A stretch of 63,813 nt of DNA from an uncultured bacterium. Its GTDB lineage: Bacteria > Patescibacteriota > CPR2 > UBA1875 > CAIMLA01. The notes below the pieces were generated by a model. The model was not told the origin of the DNA and did no database searches. It saw nothing but the letters and a program-made list of their open reading frames with translations. The stretch spans positions 1 through 63,813 of the forward strand of contig CAIMLA010000004.1 in NCBI GenBank assembly GCA_903842085.1, read 5' to 3'. The translations under genes were made by a program, and so were the position numbers. Below are positions 19,796 through 28,493 of this stretch, piece by piece. Positions within the stretch are counted from its first letter, which is position 1, and every line of letters starts with the position of its first letter.

Positions 19796-22297
19796 TTATT
19801 GCATATCACTTAAACTAATAACAAATGGTGTCCCCTTAACGATCTCGTTAGCCAGAATCTTTTTCGCGAGATAGTTTTCAATTTTATCCTGCATAATTCG
19901 TCTCATTTGACGAGCCCCAAACTCCGGCTGATAGCCGACTTCAATCAGATAGGTCAGGGCCTCCGGCTGGATACTAATGACATAGCCCTGTTTTTTCATG
20001 TCAGCGGTGACTGAATTAAACATCAAATTTGCAATTTTTAGTAATTCCTCTTTGGTTAAAGGCTTAAAGACAATAACCCCATCAAACCGATTTAAAAACT
20101 CAGGGCGATAAATATTTTCAGTTTGGAGAAACTCTAATAATTTTTCCTTTAATGCCTCTGGCTCTAAGTTGTTGGCGACCCCTTCACGAATCAAGTTCGC
20201 CCCAGCATTTGAGGTCGCAATCACAATTGAGTTCGTTAAAATAACTTTTTCGCCCATGCCATCGGTAATATAGCCCTCATCAAGCATCTGCAAGAAAAGA
20301 TCCAAGATATTCGGATGAGCCTTCTCTAACTCATCGAGTAAGACCACCGAGAAGGGGCGTTGGCGAATGTTTTTCACAAATTCACCACCTTCAAGTTGTT
20401 CTGAACCAGGAATTTTTCGGCCAATAAACCGATCAATACTGCTTTGATCCTGATATTCATTCATATCCATTCTGACCATATTATCTTCATTGCCAAAATA
20501 AACCGCCGCCAAGGCTTTTGCTAACTCGGTTTTACCAACACCAGTCGGTCCTAAGAATAAAAAGCTCCCGACCGGCCGTTTCGTATTTGACATTCTGGTT
20601 CTAGCTCGCCTCAGAGCATCCGCGACCGCCTGGACCGCTTCTTCCTGGCCGATAACCCGCTCATGCAAGCTTTGTTCCATATTGAGTAATTTTTCTTTTT
20701 CTTGGCCCCCCGCCTCAGCCACCGGCACGTTCAGGAGGGTTTCCGCAATTTTATCCATGGCTGGTTTATCTAAAACCCCCATCCCTTGATTTCCCCCCAC
20801 TGAGCAAGCGTTGGTCAACATATCAACCGCTTTGGCCGGGAACTCCTTATTAGTAATAAAGCGCTCGGCTAAACTATAAATTTCTTTTAAGGCGTTGTAA
20901 GTAATCTGAATTTTGTATTTATTAGAAAAGTGAAGGCTTAAATCCTCAAGAATCCGAAGAGTCTGATTTTCATCCATGGCCGGGATGTCTATTTTTTCAA
21001 AGCTCGAGGCTATCTGCGATTTAGCCTCGATATAGGTCTGGTAATAGTTATTGGTCGTGGTGCCGATCACCCGGATACTAGATTGTTGTAAGTAGGGTGC
21101 TAATATTTCCGTAGCATCAATCGTCCCGACCTTGTCCCGACCTTCAGTAAATAATTTATGGATATCATCGATAAATAAAATGACATTCCCCGCATGGATA
21201 GCATCATTTAATACCCCCATGATTCGATCATTGGCCTCGCCTCTTTCATTGATCCCAGAAAGTAAGGTCGAGACGTCCAAATAAACAACCCGCTTGAACG
21301 AGAGTTGCTTAAGGGTATTACCCCAGTAAACGCGCTCGGCAAAGCCATAGACAATCGCCGTTTTACCAACGCCGGTGTCACCAGTTAAGATACAGTTATT
21401 CTTCCCTTCTTTCGACAAGACCGCCTCTATTTGAGCAATAATATTTTCTCGCCCCTCAACTGAAAAACTCCCAAAAAGGCTCGGATTGGTGACGTCCTGT
21501 CCAAATTGATTAAGATAATTGGTATACCCAGAGGTCCAGTCCTGAGCGATGCCTGATTTTGAAACTTTTAATTTTTCTATTTTTGTCTTGGGATATTGAT
21601 ATTTATCGAATAAGTTTCTAGCCCAGAAAACCACATTTTTAACATCTTCATCACTGATCTCCGAATTCGTTAAGATGTGTTCATAGCTTTGAGCGGTTTT
21701 CATGAAACCATACAAGACCTCACCAGAAGCGAGGCGGCTCGCCTTAACTTCTAAGGCATATTCGACCGCATTGGCAAAAATTTGTTTTAAAATGACCGCC
21801 TCCCCCACCTCCTTAGGCAGCCCGTCGAATAATTCATCAATTGTTTCAACTGAAAAATCCAATTCAGACATAATAAAATTGGCTCTTCGGGTTTTTAATA
21901 AAGCATTCACAAAAGCGAGCAAGTCTGGTTTTTCTGGATTAATTCTTGAAAGAATCAAGGTCATCTCTAAATCTAGCATTGAATAGATCTCAATGGTCGG
22001 TTTAGTCGGATCGATCGTCGCCAAATCTTCCATATTTCTAAAATAATTTTTAAGAAAGATATAAAAAGCGCCGGCGATAAAACCAAGTGAGATAAAGACG
22101 GCTGCGACCAACTGCAGCAATTTCGAGACCGTTTCAACTTGATAACTTAAAACCAAAAGGACTAAAGCGAAGAAGCCAATCAGGGCTAAGATTGGTAAGA
22201 GCGTCGGCAGAAACCCTTGCCCAAGGTTGGCTTTCATTTTGGCCGCATTAACCTTGGTTCGGTCTCTCTTTAAATTGATTAAGTCTAAATTAAGCAT
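19796..22297 (-). CDS. Clp/Hsp100-family double AAA+ ATPase with N-terminal transmembrane anchor
   Basis: 833 aa. Two N-terminal TM helices are followed by a Clp-N-like region. D1 has GDTGVGKTAIV and ILFIDDIH. D2 has GPTGVGKTELAK and VVLLDELEKAH. Confidence 0.85.
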   Translation of the reverse strand: MLNLDLINLKRDRTKVNAAKMKANLGQGFLPTLLPILALIGFFALVLLVLSYQVETVSKLLQLVAAVFISLGFIAGAFYIFLKNYFRNMEDLATIDPTKPTIEIYSMLDLEMTLILSRINPEKPDLLAFVNALLKTRRANFIMSELDFSVETIDELFDGLPKEVGEAVILKQIFANAVEYALEVKASRLASGEVLYGFMKTAQSYEHILTNSEISDEDVKNVVFWARNLFDKYQYPKTKIEKLKVSKSGIAQDWTSGYTNYLNQFGQDVTNPSLFGSFSVEGRENIIAQIEAVLSKEGKNNCILTGDTGVGKTAIVYGFAERVYWGNTLKQLSFKRVVYLDVSTLLSGINERGEANDRIMGVLNDAIHAGNVILFIDDIHKLFTEGRDKVGTIDATEILAPYLQQSSIRVIGTTTNNYYQTYIEAKSQIASSFEKIDIPAMDENQTLRILEDLSLHFSNKYKIQITYNALKEIYSLAERFITNKEFPAKAVDMLTNACSVGGNQGMGVLDKPAMDKIAETLLNVPVAEAGGQEKEKLLNMEQSLHERVIGQEEAVQAVADALRRARTRMSNTKRPVGSFLFLGPTGVGKTELAKALAAVYFGNEDNMVRMDMNEYQDQSSIDRFIGRKIPGSEQLEGGEFVKNIRQRPFSVVLLDELEKAHPNILDLFLQMLDEGYITDGMGEKVILTNSIVIATSNAGANLIREGVANNLEPEALKEKLLEFLQTENIYRPEFLNRFDGVIVFKPLTKEELLKIANLMFNSVTADMKKQGYVISIQPEALTYLIEVGYQPEFGARQMRRIMQDKIENYLAKKILANEIVKGTPFVISLSDMQ

Positions 22298-22298
22298 C

Positions 22299-22673
22299 TT
22301 AAAAGACCATCACAAAAATTATGGGGATAAAAATGGCAAAAGGAAAAGTGACCCACAAAAATATCGCTAAACCGGCAAAAATCAATAGGGCCAAAAACAT
22401 AATACTAAAAGCAATAATCAAACTGGTTCTCATAACGACAGCGACAACCCGAGAAACAAAATTATCGAGGAGCCATTCTTTGAGACCATCGATTCCTGGT
22501 CGTCTCTCTTTAACCAAGCGCTTCCAGGGCGAGAAAAAGGTCTTTAGAATCTCGACAAAGGAAAAAGACCGAGCATAATAGCCGATCAAAGCCTCAAGAT
22601 AAGCAAATAATATTTTTATGCCCTTTGAGTACCACCACCCAAAAAAAGTTGGTAAAAAACTTAGTGTTCCCAT
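22299..22673 (-). CDS. small membrane protein, unknown function
   Basis: 124 aa with hydrophobic helices. Its stop lies 1 nt from the Clp-like start. Confidence 0.55.
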   Translation of the reverse strand: MGTLSFLPTFFGWWYSKGIKILFAYLEALIGYYARSFSFVEILKTFFSPWKRLVKERRPGIDGLKEWLLDNFVSRVVAVVMRTSLIIAFSIMFLALLIFAGLAIFLWVTFPFAIFIPIIFVMVF

Positions 22674-22719
22674 AACTTCATTATAGATTGATAAAACGAA
22701 GGAGTAAACCTAGATCGAC

Positions 22720-23574
22720 TTACGCTCGGCATTCTGAACCAAACAATTTTATCTTTTGTTCGACCACATCTTCAATGGCTTCAATTTCTTCGGGTAGAAA
22801 TTCATATGGAACAATTTCATCAGGATGGGCCGCAAGTTCCGTTCTTAAAGTCTCGGTATAGGCCAATCGGAGCTCCGTATTAACATTAACTTTGGTAATC
22901 CCTAAATTAATCGCGCGCTTAATCTGATCCGCCGGAATCCCTGAACCGCCGTGCAATGACATTGGTAAGCCTAGCTTCTGGAGCTGGGCCAGTCTCTCAA
23001 AATCAAGTTTGGGCTCTGAAGCATAGACCCCATGAATATTGCCCAAGGAAACAGCTAAAATATCGAGCCCGGTTTCAGCCACAAACCGTTTGGCCTCTTC
23101 TGGATCGGTCAAAAAGTCTTGGCTAATCGTAATCGTCTCTTGATGCTTCTCACTTGAACCAACTATTTTTCCTAATTCACCTTCAACGGTAATGCCTTTC
23201 GTTTGGGCAAACTCAACGACCGCCTTGGTAATCTTGACATTGTCGTCATAGGCTAGAGTCGAGCCATCAATATGAACCGAAGTGTAGCCGGCCTGAATGG
23301 CTTCTTTGACTCGCTCGAGACTTTTCCCATGATCTAAGTGAAGGCCAATCGGAATACTAATCTTCTCGCCTAATTCCTTGACAATGTCAAAAACGAGGGC
23401 TGGTTCTAAAAAACCCATCTCTTTTTCACTCGTTTCAATGACAACCGGTGCCCGAAGACGAACGGCCGCTTTGATGATAGCCTTAATCGCTTCTAAAGTT
23501 GAAACGTTAAAAGCCCCGACGGCATAGCCTTCCTTTTGCGCTTTTTGATATAATTCTTTGGTCTTAACTAACAT
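22720..23574 (-). CDS. fba: class II fructose-bisphosphate aldolase
   Basis: 284 aa with LHLDHG and SLHGGSG motifs. Confidence 0.9.
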   Translation of the reverse strand: MLVKTKELYQKAQKEGYAVGAFNVSTLEAIKAIIKAAVRLRAPVVIETSEKEMGFLEPALVFDIVKELGEKISIPIGLHLDHGKSLERVKEAIQAGYTSVHIDGSTLAYDDNVKITKAVVEFAQTKGITVEGELGKIVGSSEKHQETITISQDFLTDPEEAKRFVAETGLDILAVSLGNIHGVYASEPKLDFERLAQLQKLGLPMSLHGGSGIPADQIKRAINLGITKVNVNTELRLAYTETLRTELAAHPDEIVPYEFLPEEIEAIEDVVEQKIKLFGSECRA

Positions 23575-23579
23575 TTATA

Positions 23580-24347
23580 TTACTTTTTTTTCGATTCAAA
23601 TTCTTTGACGATCTCGACAAAGGCCTTATGGTCAAGACTGGCCCCACCAACCAAGACCCCATCAAGCGTCTTTGACTGAGCAAAGCTCTTGGCATTTTTT
23701 TGATCAACACTGCCCCCGTATAAGATCCGAACGCCTTTGGCCGCTTTCTCGCCATATAAGGCTTTGATCACATTTCGAAGATCTTGGGCCATTTTTTCGG
23801 CATCTGACACCTGGCAAAGCTGACCAGAGCCAATCGCCCAAACAGGTTCATAGGCAATCACGATATTTTCAATTTCTAAAGCCGTCAGATGGCTTAGTGC
23901 CGCTTCAACCTGATTAACGACCACAATCTTTGAGAGTCCATCTTCCTTTTCGTGTAAGGTTTCACCGACACAAATGATCGGGGTTAGTCCATGAGCAACA
24001 ACGACCGCTGCTTTTTGGGCAATAACCCGATCGCTTTCGCTAAAGAGTAAGCGTCTCTCAGAGTGGCCAACAAGAACATATTTGACAAAGTGAGCCAAAG
24101 CGACCACTGAAACTTCACCGGTGTAAGCCCCCTCTTCTTTCTGAAAAACATTTTGCGCCCCCAAAACCAGATTGGTGTCGATTAACTCCGCTGAAGCTGG
24201 GTAGATATCTAAAAAACCAGGGCAGATGACAATTTCAACTTTTTTAACGGTCCCTAAACTTTTTTTCAACTTTTCGATCGCGACGGTACTTTCTGGGACG
24301 GTAAAGTGCACCTTCCAATTCCCGACGACTAATTTATTTTTCAGCAT
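23580..24347 (-). CDS. tpiA: triosephosphate isomerase
   Basis: 255 aa with VVGNWK, VGHSERR and AYEPVWAIGSG. Confidence 0.95.
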   Translation of the reverse strand: MLKNKLVVGNWKVHFTVPESTVAIEKLKKSLGTVKKVEIVICPGFLDIYPASAELIDTNLVLGAQNVFQKEEGAYTGEVSVVALAHFVKYVLVGHSERRLLFSESDRVIAQKAAVVVAHGLTPIICVGETLHEKEDGLSKIVVVNQVEAALSHLTALEIENIVIAYEPVWAIGSGQLCQVSDAEKMAQDLRNVIKALYGEKAAKGVRILYGGSVDQKNAKSFAQSKTLDGVLVGGASLDHKAFVEIVKEFESKKK

Positions 24348-24419
24348 CTTCTTACTTCCCTCCCCTTAGCAATATTTGAAACTTATTAACATTATACTCT
24401 AGGATTAGTAAAAACAAAA

Positions 24420-25583
24420 TTATTCTAAAACTTTAATCCCAGGCAATATTTTCCCGGATAAAAAGTCTAAAGAGGCCCCGCCAGCCATCGAAATATAGCT
24501 GTAATGTTTTTTAATTGATTGAGTCAAGGTCGCGACGGTATCGCCGCCACCAATGACGCTAAAAGCATTTGAGTTTGCAATCGCTCGCCCAAGCGCCACG
24601 GTTCCGGTCGCAAAAGCCGGGGTCTCAGCATAGCCCATCGGCCCGTTCCAAAAAATGGTTTTAGCTTCTTTAAAGGTTTCGATCGCCCGAGCAGTCGAAG
24701 CCGGACCAATATCCAGAATCAGTTCTTGATCGGTGACAGCATTGATTTTCTTCTCTTGACCTTTAAGCGAGGTCATCTCTTGACCAACAACACAATCTTC
24801 TGGAAGCAAGATCTCAACTCGATAGTCTCGCGCTTGAACAAATATTTTCTTCACTAACTCAACTGAGGCTGGATCAATAAGTGAGTTTCCGACTTGGTAG
24901 CCCTTGGCAAAGAGAAAAGTATTAGCGATCGCTCCACCTAAAACCAGAGAGTCAATCTGACCAATCAAGTTATTTATTAGCGGGATCTTATCGGCAATCT
25001 TGGCCCCACCCATAGCTAGGACAAAGGGTCTTTGGGGTTGATCGACCAGCTTCGATAAATTGATAACTTCTTTTTGAAATTGCAACCCGGCATAGCTAGG
25101 TAAAAACTTGGTCACGCCAACAATGGAGGCGTGGTCTCGATGAGAGGCGGAGAAGGCATCATTGACATAAACTTCGCAGCCTTGAGCTAAATTTTTTGAA
25201 AACTGAGGGTTATTTTCTTCCTCTTCTTGGTAGAATCTCAGGTTCTCTAAAAGGACGAGCTGACCTGACCGTAAGTTCGAAATAAGCGCCTCTTTCTTCT
25301 GACCGAGACAATCATCACTAAATTGAACCTTTTTTTTGATCAATTTTTCGAGTTCACCCACCACTGGCTTGAGGGAGTATTTTTTGTGATTGGCCTTCTC
25401 GGGGCGACCAAGATGGGAACAGAGGACAATCGAGGCTTGATGATCCAATAGATAATGAATCGTTTCTAGGCTGGCCTTAAGCCGTTCATTATCCACGACT
25501 TGTCCATTTTTCAACGGCACGTTATAGTCAACTCGAAGTAGGACTTTTTTGTTTTGGAGATCTGCCTCTTGGATTATTTTCAT
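24420..25583 (-). CDS. pgk: phosphoglycerate kinase
   Basis: 387 aa with RVDYNVP, FWNGPMG and IGGGDTVA. Confidence 0.95.
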   Translation of the reverse strand: MKIIQEADLQNKKVLLRVDYNVPLKNGQVVDNERLKASLETIHYLLDHQASIVLCSHLGRPEKANHKKYSLKPVVGELEKLIKKKVQFSDDCLGQKKEALISNLRSGQLVLLENLRFYQEEEENNPQFSKNLAQGCEVYVNDAFSASHRDHASIVGVTKFLPSYAGLQFQKEVINLSKLVDQPQRPFVLAMGGAKIADKIPLINNLIGQIDSLVLGGAIANTFLFAKGYQVGNSLIDPASVELVKKIFVQARDYRVEILLPEDCVVGQEMTSLKGQEKKINAVTDQELILDIGPASTARAIETFKEAKTIFWNGPMGYAETPAFATGTVALGRAIANSNAFSVIGGGDTVATLTQSIKKHYSYISMAGGASLDFLSGKILPGIKVLE

Positions 25584-25590
25584 ATCACCA

Positions 25591-26586
25591 CTACTTATTA
25601 AGAAAGATCGCTAATTCGGCCAACCGACAGCTATAGCCCCATTCATTATCGTACCAGCCAATTATCTTAAAAAAGTTACCACCAATGTTTTTGGTTAGCA
25701 GGCTATCATAAATCGCTGAATATTGACTCCCCTTGTAATCCATCGAGACCAGTGGCTCGGTGGCGACAAAGAGATAGCCCTTCATCCTCCCTTTGGCCGC
25801 GACCCACATTTTTTCGGTTATTTCCGCGGCGGTTGTTTCTTGCTCTAGTTCAATCACCAAATCATTAACCGAGACCGTTGGCGTTGGCACTCGGAGTGAG
25901 AGGCCATCTAACTTCCCGTCGATTTCGGGAATGACCTCTTTTAACGCTTTCGCCGCTCCGGTTGTGGTCGGAATAATGTTCAAGCCGGCCGCCCGAGCCC
26001 GTCGCAGATCTTCATGAGGCAAATCAAGAATCCGCTGATCGTTGGTATATGAATGAATCGTCGTCATCAAACCTTGCTTGATCCCAAAATTATCTAAGAG
26101 AACCTTGACGATCGGCGCTAACCCATTCGTGGTACATGACGCGTTTGAAATAATATGATGCTTCGTCTGGTCATATTTTTCTTCATTGACCCCTAAAACA
26201 ATCGTCAAATCATGGTTCTTGGCTGGCGCCGAAATTAAAACTTTTTTCGCCCCGGCTGTTAAATGCGCCTTGGCCGCCTCACCATCAGTGAAAAAACCAG
26301 TACACTCCAAAACCACATCAACCCCTAAATCTTGCCAGGGTAAGTTCGCCGGATCTTTTTCACTAAAGGTCGCGACCTTTCGATCGTCAACCTCTAGGGA
26401 TTGTTCAAGAGGGGTAATTTTTGATTTAAAAATGCCGTAATTGGAATCGAATTTCAAGAGATGAGCCAGCGTTTTGTTATCGGTCAAATCATTAACCGCC
26501 ACAACTTCAACTTCTGGATAGTTCTCATGCAATATTTTAAAAACCTGTCGTCCAATTCTGCCAAAACCGTTAATCGCAATTTTCAT
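25591..26586 (-). CDS. gap: glyceraldehyde-3-phosphate dehydrogenase
   Basis: 331 aa with INGFGRIGR and the catalytic motif SNASCTTN. Confidence 0.95.
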   Translation of the reverse strand: MKIAINGFGRIGRQVFKILHENYPEVEVVAVNDLTDNKTLAHLLKFDSNYGIFKSKITPLEQSLEVDDRKVATFSEKDPANLPWQDLGVDVVLECTGFFTDGEAAKAHLTAGAKKVLISAPAKNHDLTIVLGVNEEKYDQTKHHIISNASCTTNGLAPIVKVLLDNFGIKQGLMTTIHSYTNDQRILDLPHEDLRRARAAGLNIIPTTTGAAKALKEVIPEIDGKLDGLSLRVPTPTVSVNDLVIELEQETTAAEITEKMWVAAKGRMKGYLFVATEPLVSMDYKGSQYSAIYDSLLTKNIGGNFFKIIGWYDNEWGYSCRLAELAIFLNK

Positions 26587-26666
26587 TTTTACTCCTTTAT
26601 TCCCCTTTTGGGGTTATTGTCTCGTCATTATTCTAACCTTTTGGCCTTAAAAAAAGAAGGACAACG

Positions 26667-26879
26667 CTAGTTTTTTCTTTTTAATTTTTCTTTAACGTAT
26701 TTTTTAGCCAATTCGACATAGTAGATTTGAATCCCCAAAAGCCCTAAACCAATAAAGATCAAGATCCAGCCCGGCAGAATGGGTAAAACAATCCCAGCGA
26801 TTCCAACTAAGATTAAAATAATACCGAAAACCTTTCTAACTAATTTCAAGTCCTTGAGCTGTTGTTTTGATGATTTCAT
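26667..26879 (-). CDS. small 2-TM membrane protein (PGPGW-like)
   Basis: 70 aa with LPILPGWILIFIGLGLL. Confidence 0.5.
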   Translation of the reverse strand: MKSSKQQLKDLKLVRKVFGIILILVGIAGIVLPILPGWILIFIGLGLLGIQIYYVELAKKYVKEKLKRKN

Positions 26880-26943
26880 TTCCTCATTTTACCAAATATT
26901 ATTGATAATTAAGTTAAATTTTGATATAATTTTGGCGTTCTGC

Positions 26944-27018
26944 GGTCCCATCGTCTAGGGGTTAGGACACCAGGTTTTCATCCTGGTAACAGGGGTTCGA
27001 GTCCCCTTGGGACTACCA
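26944..27018 (+). tRNA. tRNA-Glu (anticodon UUC), CCA encoded
   Basis: Hand-folded cloverleaf. Acceptor GGTCCCA/TGGGACT has a G1-U72 wobble. D arm is GTCT/GGAC. Anticodon stem CCAGG/CCTGG carries loop TTTTCAT. T arm is AGGGG-TTCGAGT-CCCCT. Discriminator A is followed by CCA. Confidence 0.9.
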
Positions 27019-27022
27019 AAAG

Positions 27023-27053
27023 GGATTTTCTTTGGAAAAACCTCTTTTTCTTT
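27023..27053 (+). terminator. intrinsic terminator after tRNA-Glu
   Basis: GGATTTTC-tttg-GAAAAACC (7 of 8 bp) is followed by TCTTTTTCTTT. Confidence 0.55.
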
Positions 27054-27150
27054 CCAGATGAAGTGTTGTGTTCAAACATTTTTAATCGAGTGAGACAATT
27101 CGGGCTTAAACTCTTTATAACCTTATAGACTATCGACCACCTCCCCAAAA

Positions 27151-27170
27151 AAGTGAACAGAAGTGAACAC
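27151..27170. repeat. tandem 10-mer AAGTGAACAG/AAGTGAACAC
   Basis: Two adjacent near-identical 10-mers lie between the tRNA and the AbiEi-like gene. Confidence 0.5.
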
Positions 27171-27241
27171 AAGATTTCCTATTAACAATAATAATTATAA
27201 ACTTGATAATATACGACCTCTCATTAAACCAAAATACTTAC

Positions 27242-27270
27242 TTGACAATTAAGTATTCTATGTATATTAT
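27242..27270 (+). promoter_or_regulatory. sigma70-like promoter for the AbiEi-like gene
   Basis: TTGACA (27242-27247), a 17-nt spacer, then TATTAT (27265-27270), about 30 nt upstream of the ATG at 27303. Confidence 0.5.
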
Positions 27271-27302
27271 ATTTCTATAAGTATATAATTAGGTATAGTG
27301 TT

Positions 27303-28085
27303 ATGGAAACGAAATATACAATACTATCAAGAAAAGACAAAACCTTATTAGAAAAGGTTATTTTACGTTGTGGGAGCAAAGCTTCGCTATCAGAGATCAG
27401 AAGCGTCTTTTTGAGTGAGTATAAAGACGACTCAAATCTTGGTAAGAGAATTACCTTTCTTTCAAAACAGGGTTGGCTTGTTAAATTAAAAGGCGGTCTT
27501 TATTACGTTAACACCGACATCACAACTCTGAATGCAACCAGCCTTTCGCTCCTGACTCTGGCTAATTATATCGTTTCAGATTCTTACGTTTCTTTTGCCA
27601 TGGCTTTGAACTATTACAATATGTTTGATCAGTTAGTTGATGGGGTTGATTCTGTTGCCAAGTCAAAGACAAACCAGTTCAATTTTCAGGGCAAAACTTT
27701 TAGATATTTTCATGTCAAAGCAGAGCTGTTTTTTGGATACCAGGAAGTGACAATTGAAAATAAAATAACTAGAGTGGCTGAAAAAGAGAAGATCATTATT
27801 GATTATCTGTATCTTAAAAGAAATGAAAGTACAGTTTCTATGATTAGGGAAAAGCTTAGTGAATTTTCGACTGAGTTTGATTTTGAGAAGTTAATCGAAT
27901 ATGCCACCCAAACTAATAGTCAAACAGTTATTAAGAGCCTTGGTGTAATTTTAGATTTTCTAAAACAGAATTCAGATTCCCTTGCTAGACACATAAAGAA
28001 AACCGGTTATAGCAAACTAACCAAAGAATCGAAGCTGTTTAATGCTAAGTGGAGAATTTATTATGACGATCGAATTCTTAAGTAG
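27303..28085 (+). CDS. AbiEi-like antitoxin/regulator, orphan (no AbiEii partner)
   Basis: 260 aa. KQGWLVKLKGGLYYV and SYVSFAMALNYYNMFDQ parallel the motifs of the AbiEi at 9410-10039. Confidence 0.7.
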   Translation: METKYTILSRKDKTLLEKVILRCGSKASLSEIRSVFLSEYKDDSNLGKRITFLSKQGWLVKLKGGLYYVNTDITTLNATSLSLLTLANYIVSDSYVSFAMALNYYNMFDQLVDGVDSVAKSKTNQFNFQGKTFRYFHVKAELFFGYQEVTIENKITRVAEKEKIIIDYLYLKRNESTVSMIREKLSEFSTEFDFEKLIEYATQTNSQTVIKSLGVILDFLKQNSDSLARHIKKTGYSKLTKESKLFNAKWRIYYDDRILK

Positions 28086-28232
28086 AGAACAACTTACCAT
28101 TATACAACCGCCACTCGTTGGTTAACTGAGCTAACTGAATCGGGTATACTAATTAATCAGAAATTTGGCAAATATCAATTTTATATAAACAAAAGGCTAG
28201 TTAAATTGCTCTCAGGGGATCAAAACTATTAA
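28086..28232 (+). pseudogene. remnant of a Fic-family protein C-terminal wHTH
   Basis: Start-less open frame RTTYHYTTATRWLTELTESGILINQKFGKYQFYINKRLVKLLSGDQNY* resembles the C-terminal DNA-binding tail of Fic/DOC-family proteins. Confidence 0.35.
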
Positions 28233-28345
28233 GAATTTTCTAATCCTTATAAATCGCCATAAAATATAAGTTCCTACTTTCTAAGGACAAAAAACTCAAG
28301 TCTTAGAATTCCAGATTCGACTCCATCATACTTGCCTAATCCCGG

Positions 28346-28379
28346 AACTCCCTGACTAATAAGTTCGAACAATTTTCGA
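28346..28379. repeat. direct repeat copy A (upstream of GLUG gene)
   Basis: AACTCCCTGACTAATAAGTTCGAACAATTTTCGA matches copy B at 30 of 34 positions. Weaker similarity extends about 25 nt further. Confidence 0.8.
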
Positions 28380-28493
28380 GACAATCCATCAAATTGACCA
28401 CATCGAAAATACTTGGAACCAAGAGGAAACAGAAATGTCTCTTTTGTATTACAAATGGTGTCTTTATGGGTTAATATATATGTAGGAGGACTG

